Source: Malacoraja senta (taxonomy: Eukaryota). Taken from it: a DNA stretch of 64,000 nt. The stretch lies in contig CM075977.1 of the NCBI GenBank assembly GCA_038087875.1, forward strand, positions 192,944,001 through 193,008,000, given 5' to 3'. Below, in pieces: positions 12,545 to 24,790 of this stretch. Within the stretch, counting starts at the first letter, position 1. Each line of letters opens with the position of its first letter. The notes beneath the pieces are model-generated. The model saw nothing but the letters and a program-made list of their open reading frames with translations, was not told the origin of the DNA and did no database searches. The translations under genes and the position numbers were made by a program.

Positions 12545-13361
12545 TTAAAACAAATGTAGGTCCCTGTTAATAAATCCAGCGGAATTTCATTCTCTTTCTC
12601 CATCTCCATCTTTGTTTGAATAAGTGAATTTGTTGGGCAGTCCTTTTCCTGATATTTTTCAGTTTAGTTTATTGTCACGTGTACAATGAAAAGCTTTTGT
12701 TGCGTGCTAACCAGTCAGTGGAAAGCAATACATGATTACAATCGAACGATTCACAGTGTACAAATACATGATAAAGGGAATAACGAGAATAACGATTAGT
12801 GCAAGATAAAGCCAGTAAGGTCCGACACATGTGTGCTGCCTAGGCGAGGCCTGTTATATGATTTTACCGGTTGTGTGCAAAACAAAGCATTTCACTGTAC
12901 CTAGGTACATGTGACAATAAAGTATCATTGCATTATTGAATCAAAATCTTATTTCCTTAGTTATTACATTATTATCAAAATGATTGCTTTTTCTGAGAAC
13001 GTGCAGGGTTTACAGTGCCCTCCATAATGTTTGGGACAAAGACCCATCATTTATTTATTTGCCTCTGTACTCCACAATTTGAGATTTGTAATTAAAAAAA
13101 TCACATGTGGTTAAAGTGCACATTGTCAGATTTTATTAAAGGGTACTTTTATACATTTTGGTTTCACCATATAGAAATTACAGCTGTGTTTACACATAGT
13201 CCCCCCATTTCAGGGTACTGTAATGTTTGGGACAAAGGTGTTTGTAATTCCTCTGGTATGTTTAATAGCCTCCTTAATGCAGGTATAAGAGAGCTCTCAG
13301 CACCTAGTCTTTCCTCCAGTCTTTCCATCACCTTTGGAAACTTTTATTGCTGTTTATCAAC

Positions 13362-14387
13362 ATGAGGACCAAAGTTGTGCCAATGAAAGTCAAATAAGCC
13401 ATTATGAGACTGAGAAACAAAAATAAAACTGTTAGAGACATCAGCTAACCCTTGGGCTTACCAAAATCAACTGTTTGGAACATCACTAAGAAGAAAGAGA
13501 GCACTGGTGAGCTTACTAAACGCAAATGGACTGGCAGGCCAAGGACGACCTCCACAGCTGATGACAGAAGAATTCTCTCTATAACAAAGGAAAACCCCCA
13601 AACATCTGTCCAACAGATCAGAAACACTCTTCAGGAGTCAGGTGTGGATTTGTCAATGACCACTGCCGCAGAAGACTTCATGAACAGAAATACAGAGGCT
13701 ACACTGTAAGATGCAAACCACTGGTTAGCCGCATAAATAGGATGGCCTGGTTACAGTTTGCCAAGAAGTACTTAAAAGAGCAACCACAGTTCTGGAAAAA
13801 GATATTGTGGACAGATGAGACAAAGATTAACTTATATCAGCGTGATGTCAAGAGCAAAGTATAAAGGAGAGAAGGAACAGCCCAAGATCCAAAGCATACC
13901 ACCTCATCTGTGAAACACGGTGGTGGGGGTGTTATGGCCTGGGCATGTATATCTGGTGAAGGTACTGGCTTACTTATCTTCATTGATGATACAACTGTGA
14001 TGGTAGTAGCATAATGAATTCTGAAGTGTATAGACACATCCTGTCTGCTCAAGTTCAAACAAATGCCTCAAAACTCATTGGCCGGCGGTTCATTCCACAG
14101 CAAGACAATGATCCCAAACATACTGCTAAAGCAACAAAGGAGTTTTTCAAAGCTAAAATATGGTCAATTCTTGAGTGGCCAAGTCAATCACCCGATCAGA
14201 ACCCAATTGAACATGTCTTTTATATGCTGAAGAGAAAATGGGAGGGGACTGGCCCCCAAAACAAACATAAGCTAAAGATTGCTGCAATACAGGCCTGGCA
14301 GATCATCACCAAAGAAGACTGGTGATGTCCATGAATCGCAGACTTCAAGCAGTCATTGCATGCAAAGGATTTGCAACAAAATACTTA
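13362..14387 (+). pseudogene. Tc1 DD34E transposase (stops and frameshifts)
   Basis: HTH 'LGLPKSTVWNI', 'GRPR', 'LWTDETK', 'QQDNDPKH', 'WPSQSPDQNPIE', ending 'KGFATKY'. Confidence 0.93.
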
Positions 14388-15173
14388 AGGGCCAGTCTCA
14401 CTTGGGCGACCTAAGCGGCGAGTTAAAAAGAGTGTATTCGACCTTCCAGCTCGAGGGCACTCGCACGGAAAGCCTCGAGCTGGATCAACCTGTCCGCATT
14501 GAAACCGCGAGCTGCATCGACCGACCGCACACACACACACGCACACTCAAACACATTGCGAAGGCGGGGTCCAGGGAAAGCTGAGGAGCGCTGTCTGCGT
14601 GATGAAGATGAATGTAAAACGGCTGCCCAGTATCGGTAAGTCCTTTATAGAGCGCGGGGGGGGGGGGGGGGTGGGGGAGAGAAGGGGAGAGAATGGGGGG
14701 AGAAGGAGAGAGAAGGGGAGAGAAGGGGGGGGAGAAGGGGAGAGAAGGGAGGGGGAGAAGGGGGGGAGAAGGAGTGGAGACACTTTTAAGAAGTTTAATA
14801 AAGTTTAGCGGGCATTTTACCTACCGGTAGGTCTTCCTTGGTCATGAAACTCCAATGTGCCAATCAAAATGCCCAGTCACCAAAGGAGATTGCCTCACCT
14901 GCCTGTAAGTAAATAGCGACTCCACTCCACTGCGCTACGAGTTAAAAAGACCCATGCCAACCAAATTTTACTCGCTGAAAATTTTTCAATATGCTGAAAA
15001 TTTTTCCGCGACCTAGCTGAGGCCACGGGTATTCGGGAACTTCCCTCGAGCATGAAGGAGTTCCAGCGACCTCATAGGACCTCCTTGGACCTCGTGTCGA
15101 CCATGTTGCGAGTTTGAAGGTCGAAGACACTCTTCTAATCTCGCAGATTAAGTCGCCCAAGTGGGACAGGCCT
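14388..15173. mobile_element. PIF/Harbinger-type non-autonomous element nested in Tc1
   Basis: TIRs AGGGCCAGTCTCACTTGGGCGAC / GTCGCCCAAGTGGGACAGGCCT with TWA flanks (TTA/TAA). No ORF; internal purine-rich tract. Confidence 0.85.
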
Positions 15174-15601
15174 TAAACATGACTACTTTCATTTATCTGA
15201 CATTGCTGTGTCCCAAATATTATGGTGCCCTGAAATAGGGGGACTATGTATAAACACTGCTGTAATTTCTACATGGTGAAACCAAAATGTATTAAAAAAA
15301 GGCCTTTATTAAAATCTGACAATGTGCACTTTAACCACATGTGATTTCTTTCTATTACAAATCTCAAATTGTGGAGTACATAGGCAAATAAATAAATGAT
15401 AGGTCTTTGTCCCAAACATTATGGAGGGCACTGTCCATTGGCTGCTGTATTTTCAAAAGCACCCCTTTGGCTATAGCAGTGCTTTGCAACTTTTGGAAAT
15501 AGTTGTAGAAAGTATTATGGAATTATTTTTTTCATTCATTTTGCCTCAAGGTGTGCTTTCCCTGTATGCTGCTTCACAGTGACAGACATGTCTAATTGTT
15601 T

Positions 15602-15682
15602 GTACACAAAAATGCTGGAGAAACTCAGCGGGTGCAGCAGCATCTATGGAGCGAAGGAGATAGGCAACGTTTCGGGCCGAAA
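15602..15682 (-). mobile_element. 81-bp PLE pseudo-LTR 3' fragment with target-site duplication
   Basis: Matches the reverse complement of ~6920-6998. Flanked by CTAATTGTTT (15592-15601, 15683-15692). Confidence 0.85.
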
Positions 15683-16329
15683 CTAATTGTTTAATTTGTG
15701 TCACCCACCCCCCATCCTCGTCTCCGATCCCTATGCGTTGACCCATATCCAGAACCTTTCCAGGCGATACAGTTCGAAGATATGAGCTAGTTCACTGTTC
15801 ACTGATCATTTTGCAGCAAAGCTACTATTGAAAGCAACTTTCGGAATAGTGGTGGAGATGTGTTTGTTCTCTGTGAGAAATGAGAAGGTAATTAATTAAT
15901 TTATGGTTCATCTATCATGCACTGAATCATGTGAAAAGAATGATTAATTGTTGATCACATTATGATAGCAGCCACTTACAAAATAAATCTGTAATTAAGT
16001 AATTTTTAAAATGCCTATTGCAAAACGCATTCTGAGCAATTATAAGGCACTTAATGATTTACACAAATATTTCCTGGACATAATAATCCGGTGGGTAAGT
16101 GGCTGTGAAAGGTACATTAGTTTAAGTTTGACATTGCACAACACAATCAAACTGAAGTTTACAATGTAATGGAACTCATTATGCAAGCAGAGATTAGTCC
16201 TTATGATGGGTTTCAGATATGAATGTTATTTGTTAGGCAAGAAACAAATTCTAAAGTCTTAAATATATTAAAAAATCTTTAAAAAGTTGATGGGGGTGGA
16301 TGTTCAGAGGCTATTTTGACTGCAGTGGA

Positions 16330-17510
16330 CCCGATCTTGAACAATGATGAGACGGAGTACAGGAAGGAGATAGAGAGCTTAGTAACATGGTGTCAAGCCA
16401 ACAATGTTTCCCTTAGTGTCAGCAAGATAAAGGAGCTAGTTGTTGCCTTCAGGAAATGAGGTGATGTACACGCATCAGTCAGCATCAATGGTGCTGAAGG
16501 GGAGATCATTAATGAACTTCAAGTTCTGAGGTGTAAATATCACCAGCCACATTAATGCCATGGCTAAGAATGCTTCTTCGTCCTAAGAAAATGAAAGAAA
16601 TTTTGCATGTCTCTCCAATTATTCCGGCCAATTTCTGTAGATGGACCATTGAAAGTATCCTATCAGGGTGCATCACAACTTGGTTTGGCAACTGCTCTGC
16701 CAAAGACCGCAAGAAACCAGGGCATAAAGAGTTTAGGTTAGTTAAGATACAGTGTGGAAACAGACCTTCCGTCCTGCCGAGTCCACACCAACCAATGATC
16801 ACCCATACACTATTTCTATCCTACACACTAGGGAAAATTTACAGAAGCCAATTAACCGACAAACCCACACATCTTTGGAATATGGGAGGAAACTGTAGAA
16901 AACCCATGCAATCACAGGGAGAACATACAAACTCCACACAGACAGCACCTGGCATCAGGATCGAACCCAGGACTCTGGCATTGTGAGGCAGCATCTCCAC
17001 CGCTGCGCTACAATGCTGCCTGAATTATGGAAGTAACCCAGTCCATCGCACAAAGTAGCATTCTCCCATCGACTCCATCTGCACTTCGCACTGCCTCGGG
17101 AAAACAATCAACGTATCAGGGACCATTTACACCCTGAATGTTCCTTCTTCTCCTCTGTTTCATTCAGCAGAAGATACAAAAACTCGAAAGCATGTACCAC
17201 CAGATTCAGGAACAGCTTCTTCCCTGCTGTTATCAGGCCCATGAATGACCCTCCCGTGAGCGCAGGGTGTAGTCCCAATCTTCCAACCTACTATATTGCA
17301 ACCCTTGGGCTTTTCTTTCATATGTACTTTCTTTGTAGCTGTAATGCTATATTGCTATAGTACTATATTCTGCATATCTGGTATTTTTCTCTTTGCAGTA
17401 CCTGCAGTACTTGTATGTGGGTTGATGGGCTCATACATAGCATGATATGATTGGAGAACATGCAAATAACATTTACTGTCTCTCAGTACATGTGACAATA
17501 ATAAACCATT
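16330..17510 (+). mobile_element. Rex1/Babar-type LINE 3' fragment
   Basis: 'NNDETEYRKEIESLVTWCQANN...KELVV', 'TIESILSGCITTWFGNCSA', 'TTRFRNSFFP', and tail CATGTGACAATAATAAA. Confidence 0.85.
16731..17020 (-). mobile_element. HE1-type SINE nested in Rex1
   Basis: Similar to 7904-8217; GGATCGAACC is the B-box complement. Confidence 0.8.
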
Positions 17511-18412
17511 GGCAACATTTCCTCAGAGGACACAATCTTAGGATAAAGAACCAACCTATTCAGACTGAGAAAAATAAAAAGAATCATGACAACCAATCAT
17601 ATATAGGTTAGCATCACTAACCCCACCTTACTGTATCATTTATATTAACACCCACTTCCTATACTACGCAGTTCGGGTAGCAGTCAGGATGCAGTGACAA
17701 CTAACATTCTACTGTACTGTTAAAGTCTGTATATGGATTAAAGATGATCTTAGATAACATGCTGTGTATATGTCATATTTACACTTTATTCAGAGTGTTG
17801 TGTATCTTTGGCATTTTCTGCACTGGATGGATTGAATGCTCAGTCTCTGAGTGTATTCAAGACTGAGATAGATTCATGTGCTGCCACTGAGGGAATCAAG
17901 GGTGGCAAAGTGAACTTTAAGCACAGGATTGTCCCATGATCTTGTAAAAATGGCAGGGAAAGCTCGAGGGATGAAATGACCTATTCCTGGACTTGCTTCT
18001 TTACTTTTCATCTCAGTTTCAGTAAATTCCCCGTGTAAGGACTGAGCAACAACAAAACCAGCAACAACTTACAGCATGTGGCAAAATGACCCAAGGTATT
18101 TAACAGTGTGAGTTAGAACTGCACAGAAGTAGATGGTAAACTAGGGCATTTTGAGTGGTCGGAGGAAGGTGAATGTGGGAAAGAACAGGAGGTGAAATTG
18201 CTGATAGTGTTGCCAGAATGTAGCTTCTAGCTAAGCAATAGGGAGAGGGCATGCAACAAAGTATGAGGCGAGGATTGTAACCAAGACAAATTTGTTGTAC
18301 TAAGTAATTTCAACCATTGTCAGAATAAAAGTCAGACTCTTGCTGGTATCCAAGAACTGAGCCGATTTGTGCTGGGATATTACCATCCAGGAGCCCAATC
18401 AGATCTTGTGTG

Positions 18413-18505
18413 ATTCAGAAGGGTTCCAACCTGAAACGTCACTTATTTATTTTCTCCAAAGATGCTGCCTGACCCGCTGAGCTAATCCAGCATTTTGTGT
18501 CAATC
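18413..18505 (+). mobile_element. PLE pseudo-LTR fragment
   Basis: GAAGGGTTCCAACCTGAAACGTCAC...GATGCTGCCTGACCCGCTGAG. Confidence 0.7.
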
Positions 18506-19478
18506 TTTGGTTTCGGTTTCGGTTTATTATTGTCAGATGTAACGAGGTACAGTGAAAAGCTTTGTTGTGCAAGCTATCCAAACAGATCAGATAATACTAT
18601 GCATAAATACAATCAAGTCAAACTCAAGTACTATAGATAGAACAAAGGGGAAGATACAGAGTGCAGAATATAGTTCTCAGCTTTGTAGCATATCAGTTTC
18701 ATAAATAAAGTCCAATGTCCGCAATGAGGTAGAGGTGATTCAGACATTAACCTAGCTGATGGAAGGATCATTCAGCGCAGTTGTCCTCTTGTGTCTATAG
18801 GGTGAGATGTCACAACAGGAGGTGTGAGCTGTCTGAGTGCAGGAGTTCTTAATAAAATAATACAGTGGTATCGAGAAAGACATCATGACGCTTTGCATCA
18901 TAAAGAGGTGGGCAAGGTTACATAGCGTGTCTTTCAACACTTGAGGCAATGGTGCGGTTGGCTTGGAAGTCAGTGGATGAACGAGGACGTTTTGCTGATC
19001 TCTGTTGGTCTCTGCGTGTTGACTATATCCTGACAAGGTGCACTGGTGGTGTTTTATGGTGTTCTTTGGCACTGCCTCCCAGAACACCGTGCTCCCACAT
19101 CAAAGTGAAGACAGGCTGTTTACCCCCATGGAATAGTCCTGGTCAGCACATCATCATGGCATGACAAAGTCAAGGCTTGTACCGAAGCCTCTATTATCCA
19201 TGTGTGATCAGCCGAGCACAGTGCAGAGTGTGACCAGATCACCGGATAACAGGTTTCCTGTTGTAAATGGCTGCTGGATGTGTGGATGCAGCAGACGGAG
19301 GAGAAATGGAGGTGATTCAAGCCATCACTGTACTTTGTACTTCTCTCAACCATGGTAGTGAGTGCCTGGAACGTACTGCCAGGGGTGCTGGTGGAGACAG
19401 ATATGGTTGTGGCATTCAAGAGAATGTTGGATCGCATAGAATGGAGAGAAATGGATAATGTACAGGCAGATAACAGTT

Positions 19479-20410
19479 AGAAACATAGAAACATAGAAAA
19501 TAGGTGCAGGAGTAGGCCATTCGGCCCTTCGAGCCTGCACCGCCATTCAATATGATCATGGCTGATCATCCAACTCAGTATCCTGTACCTGCCTTCTCTC
19601 CATACCCCCTGATCCCTTTAGCCACAAGGGCCACATCTAACTCCCTCTTAAATATAGGCAATGAACTGGCCTCAACTACTTTCTGTGGCAGAGAATTCCA
19701 CAGATTCACCACTCTCTGTGTGAAAAAAAATAATTCTCATCTCGGTCTTAAAAGACTTCCCCCTTATCCTTAAACTGTGACCCCGTGTTCTGGACTTCCC
19801 CAACATCGGGAACAATCTTCTTGCATCTAGCCTGTCCAACCCCTTAAGAATTTTGTAAGTTTCAATAAGATCCCCCCTCAATCTTCTAAATTCCAGCGAG
19901 TACAAGCCGAGTCTATCCAGTCTTTCTTCATATGAAAGTCCTGCCATCCCAGGAATCAGTCTGGTGAACCTTCTCTGTACTCCCTCTATGGCAAGAATGT
20001 CTTTCCTCAGATTAGGAGACCAAAACTGTACGCAATACTCCAGGTGTGGTCTCACCAAGGCCCTGTACAACTGCAGTAGAACCTCCCTGCTCCTATACTC
20101 AAATCCTTTTGCTATGAATGCTAACATACCATTCGCTTTCTTCACTGCCTGCTGCACCTGCATGCCTACTTTCAATGACTGGTGTACCATGACACCCAGG
20201 TCTCGTTGCATCTCCCCTTTTCCTAATCGGCCGCTAATCAGATAATAGTCTACTTTCCTGTTCTTGCCACCAAAGTGGATAACCTCACATTTATCCACAT
20301 TATACTGCATCTGCCATGCATTTGCCCACTCACCCAACCTATCCCAGTCACCTTGCAGCCTCCTAGCATCCTCCTCACAGCTAACACTGCCCCCCAGCTT
20401 TGTTTCATCC
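19479..20410 (-). mobile_element. Young CR1 LINE 3' fragment, same family as 10719-12544
   Basis: 255-aa frame with the RT C-terminal region; near-identical to 10719-11645; same tail. Confidence 0.95.
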
Positions 20411-20779
20411 ACAGTTGGTCTTGGCATCATGTTCAGCACAGATATTGTGGGATGAAGGGCCAGTTCTTGTGCTGTACTGTTCTAAGTTCTATTTTCTAAC
20501 TGATGGAGAGGGAGGTGATGATTGTTATCCCAGAGGGAAAAGTGGCAACTGGCACTAAAATGTGAATGGAAGAAGTGTTTGAAAATGGCCTTGTTGGTTA
20601 CAGAGATTGCACAGGTAACAAGATGGAGGAAATAGTATAGCTACTGATTGGTTTGTATGGTGTGACTGAGTATGGAGAGAGAGCAGAGGTTCAGAAGGTT
20701 TTAGACAATCAAGGAGGATTCTCAACACAGTGTCTGAGATGATTGTGGATAAGTAATTTGCATTGGAAGTGGGAGGGAA

Positions 20780-22600
20780 ATTCAAACAAGAGCCAGGCTG
20801 TTCAAGGAAAATGGAGAAACAAGGACCTGCAGATGCTGGATTACAAAACAAATCAAGGGGGGGGGGGAGGGTGATAGGCACATGGTTGGACAAAAGCCAG
20901 AGAATAAAAAGACAAGGTGTGAGGCCAAATGATTGAAGTTGGAAATCATGAAGCGAGCGGAAGAAATGTAGGTGGAAAGGGAGGAAGAGGGGAGAAATAG
21001 ATATGAGTGCAGGTAGGCCACAGGGGACATAGGTAGTTACCTAAAATTGGAGAATTCAATGTTCATACCGTTGGATTATAAGCTACCCAAGCTGAATATG
21101 TGCTGTTCCTCCAGTTTGCATGTGGCTTCACACTGGCAATAAAGGAGGCCCAGGACAGAAAGGTCAGTATGGGAATAAGAACAGGGGTTAAAATGGTTAG
21201 CAACCAGGAGATCGAGTAGGCCTTGGTGGACCGAGCACAAGTGTTCAGCGAAACGGTCGTTGAATGTACGCTTGATCTCTTGATGTACAGCTGACCACAT
21301 CAGATGCAGCAGGTCAAGTTAGTGGAGGCGCTGGGGTTCCTGAATGGAGGTGAGGAAAGAGGTATAGGGACAGATGTTACATCTTCTGCAGGTGGAAAGT
21401 ACCTGGGGAGGGGGTGGTTTGGGTGGGAAATGACGAGGGAATAAAGGAGATGCGGAGGTAGCGGTTTCTGCAGAAAGTGGAAATGGGAGAAGGCTTGATG
21501 GGTGAGGTTGAGAGGGAAAGATAGATCAGTCATGATTGAATGGCGAAGTAGACTTGCTGGGTGAATGGCCTAATTCTGCTACTATAACTTATGAACTTAT
21601 GGGTGCAGGAGATGGCTCCAATGCAGTCATTGACGTAGTGGAGAAAAAGTTGGGGGAATGGTACCAGTGTATGTTTGGAACAAGGACTGTTTGACATAAC
21701 CAACAAAAAATCAGGCATAGCTGGGGTCTATGTAAGTGTCCATTGGTTCACCTTTAACTTGAAGGAAGTGAGAGGAGGCAATAGTGAAGTTGTTGATGGT
21801 GAGGTTAAGTTCCGCCATGCAGAGGAAGTGGGAAACTGTTAGCAGGAGGAAACTGATTGGGTCTCCATTCAAGGAAGAACTGGAGGGTCTTGAGACCTTG
21901 TTGATGGTGGATGGAGATGTAAAGGGAGATGGACGTCCATGGTAAAGATAAGGCAATGGGGGCCTAGAACTTGAAAATAATTGAAGAGTTGAAGGGGATG
22001 TAAAGGGCCGGCCCCACTTACGCAACTTTTTCTGCGATTGCCGGCACCCGTCATAGATTGTTACATGTCGCCGAAAATTTTCAACATATTGAAAATCCAG
22101 TGCCGACCAGAACAAGATACAACTCTTTGGACGACTACTCATGACCACACAGGCTTCACCCCGCGACATGTCGCCAGGGAGTCGCCTGTATGATCGTATG
22201 TAGTCTCCTAGTCACCCAAAGAGTCGGTAGCGTCTTTCTGGTCGACGCTAAATTTTGAACATGTTGAAAATTTTCGGCGACCTATGACGGATGCCGGCAG
22301 TTGCCAAAAAAGTTGCGTAAGTGGGACAGGCCCTTAAGGTGTCTCAGATATGGATCAGAAGGGACTGAACAAGGAGGGTTAGGATGGAATCCATGTATGT
22401 GGAGATGTTCTGTGAAGCAGAAGCAGACAGAAGCAATTGGTCTGCAGGGCAGTTCTGTTGTGGATTTTTGGAAGAAGATAGAAGCAGGCAGTGTGGGGCT
22501 GGGGAACTATAAGGTTGAGGAGGGGGGAATCGCTGGAGGTGATGAAATGGGCAACAGTTTGTGAGACGATAGCCTGGTGTTTGTCTGTGGGGTCATAGTC
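20780..22600 (-). mobile_element. Degraded Penelope-like element (RT, GIY-YIG)
   Basis: 'PQPHTACFYLLPKIHN', 'HFLQVKGEPMDTYIDPSYA' (GxxMG motif decayed), 'FLHYVNDC' (YxDD-like), 'RFAEHL...KLEEQH'. Confidence 0.85.
22004..22334. mobile_element. PIF/Harbinger-type MITE (331 bp) nested in PLE
   Basis: TAA|AGGGCCGGCCCCACTTACGCAACTTTTT ... AAAAAGTTGCGTAAGTGGGACAGGCCCT|TAA; internally palindromic. Confidence 0.9.
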
Positions 22601-22884
22601 AAAAGGGGTAGTAGGTATGAAGAGGTTTGCATTCGTTGAAGTTGTTAAAATTAGGGAGCGGAGGGTCGTTAAGTGCAGGGGTAAGGTGCTCGAATATGAA
22701 CAGGTGCTGCAGGGAGGCTGGACGGTCTCGGAGTCCCGGACCGGAGGTTGAATGGAAGCTGTACCCCAGCGAGGCAGGAGAAATAATTGATTGACTGAAG
22801 GCCAGGCACTGGTCAGAGACAAGACCAAACAAACATTTCTAAGACGGTTAACAGCAGGTGAGGTGAACATTTTGTCAGGCACTG

Positions 22885-23032
22885 CAAAACGCCAAGTGCT
22901 GGAGGAACTCAGCGCATAATGCAGTGTCTATAGAGATAAATGGACAGACGTCTCCTGTCCATTTCCCCTCACATATGCTGTCTGACCCGCTGAGTTCCCC
23001 CAGCACTGTGTTTTGCTCAAGATTCCAGCATC
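22885..23032. mobile_element. PLE-derived fold-back mini-element
   Basis: Inverted arms AGTGCTGGAGGAACTCAGCG / CGCTGAGTTCCCCCAGCACT around a palindromic centre (AAATGGACAG...CTGTCCATTT). Confidence 0.7.
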
Positions 23033-23249
23033 TTGGGTTCCCTGTATTTTTAATGTCAGGCACAGCTTTGTGGGGCAGCTGGGACGGAGAGGGTCTTTTT
23101 CAGACTCGCCTCTTTTTCTGAGTTGTTTACTCACTTCCCTGTCTTGATGGTTTCTTTCGCTTTACTGTCTCTGCTCTTTCCCTCACTTTGCCCTGATCCT
23201 TTCCCTATCTCTCTCTGCCCCTTACCCTCACCCCGTTCTCTTTCTCTCC

Positions 23250-24070
23250 CCCAGCTCCGCCTCGGATTTGACATCTGTAATGTCAGCAGTGGAGAATCGT
23301 AGAGGCTTTCTCCCGCTAACCCGTAGCCATACATGTTGGGCAAACCCGATCACGGTTCTATTGTGATCCATTTCCGAGCTTTCCAGCTGCCCCAGGACCA
23401 AATCTTCGGGTTAAAATGTCCAGGGGGGTAGGGAGAGAGTCTAAAGTGGGGGGGACGACGAAAACCCGAGGTTACGTCGGTCACCGGTGAGTAACCTTGG
23501 AAAAATGCATGAGATAAGTGTAGCTGAGGGCAGCCTCCAGCTGCGGGGGATTAGCTGCACTGTGAGCCTGAGACTTTGGCATGCACTCGCATCCTCCAGG
23601 GGTTGTGTCCCCTGCTGTTGGTCTCAGCACGGCTGCAACAGAGAGTGAGGGAGGGGGCGCAGCCGGGTAGTGTCCCGCTGACACTCCCTGGCCGGTCCGC
23701 TCCCACTACGGTCTATCAGCATCTTAAAGCAGACTCTCAAACAGACAGACAAGACAGACACAAAGCAACCCCTGTTTCGTTTTAATTTTTGAAAGTAAAG
23801 TTATTTGTTGGCAGCCCCGAGTACTGCGGCTGCGACACTCACCTCCCGGTGCCTCGCCAGGCTATGCTCAATGCCCAGAGCCGGGCGGCTGGTTGCTTGC
23901 ACGCCTGAACTCACACCGCCTGACTCCTCAACATCTGGATGCGCCTCCAGCGATCCGCCCAGTGGGCCATCGCAGGACAATAGTGGCATCAGAGAAATAA
24001 AGAAGCTTCGTCTGGTCGACGCACCTCGCCCGCTGGACATACCCTCTTGTGTCCTTTCACTCACCAACAT
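23250..24070. promoter_or_regulatory. CpG-rich non-repetitive island; candidate promoter/first-exon region
   Basis: High CpG density with no recognisable transposon motifs. Consensus splice donors on both strands. Confidence 0.45.
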
Positions 24071-24559
24071 AAGTCTTTTCCATAAGTTTTAAATCAGAAC
24101 CTCACTTCCACGTGCTTTTTTCCCCACATTACCCTGAGATTACCGATTTGCAAAGTGTGGTGGGAATTAGATCTGTGAATTACTCCAATGTAAGAACATC
24201 TAACCACTTCTGGGGTGGTGGAAAGGAATACCAGGCCTCATCCGGATGTGGTCTTGAGATACTGTAAAATAAGCCCAAAACACCTGGAGTGGGGCAGTTC
24301 TTTGCTCCGGCAGCACCCCCACGTACATCCTGCAACACTTTCCCACAACTCAGTTATAAAATGACATCAGGATATTTTAAATAAAGCTAATATGGCAACA
24401 TTGTGAAAGGTAAATCTCAACAAAAGTATCCACCGTAAATTGCCAATTGAAAACAGGTGATCTCTTCTAAGATGTAACAAAAGCCAAGTCGTTGTTCAAT
24501 ACCACACCAAAGGCTAATGGTCAAAATTAAGGTGAACCAACAGTACTTTCATGTTGAAT

Positions 24560-24790
24560 GAAACGATACCAAGGTACCATTGGAGTTGGGGATTTAGTGG
24601 AGTCCATATTTATTTCTCACCAACTATATCACAAAATCGAACTTTCCTTATCATTCTCATTGCTGTTTGTGGGATGTTGCTCTGCAAAATACAGCTGTTA
24701 GATTTCCTGCAGTACAACAGTGGCCACACTTCTTTGGCTGTTAACTACTCTGGGACTTCCTGAGGTCGGGGAAGGTGCAGAAGGAGTGCT
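24560..24790 (+). mobile_element. Deu-domain SINE (SacSINE1-like) fragment
   Basis: CATTGCTGTTTGTGGGATGTTGCT...ACAACAGTG...TGGGACTTCCTGAGGTC resembles the DeuSINE core and tail. Confidence 0.6.

Larger units (their letters stand above)
13013..15433 (+). mobile_element. Tc1-family DNA transposon with long (~220 bp) IR/DR-type TIRs
   Basis: TA|CAGTGCCCTCCATAATGTTTGGGACAAAGAC... matches ...GTCTTTGTCCCAAACATTATGGAGGGCACTG. The motif TAATGTTTGGGACA recurs at the inner end of the left TIR. DDE transposase remnants inside. Confidence 0.96.
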
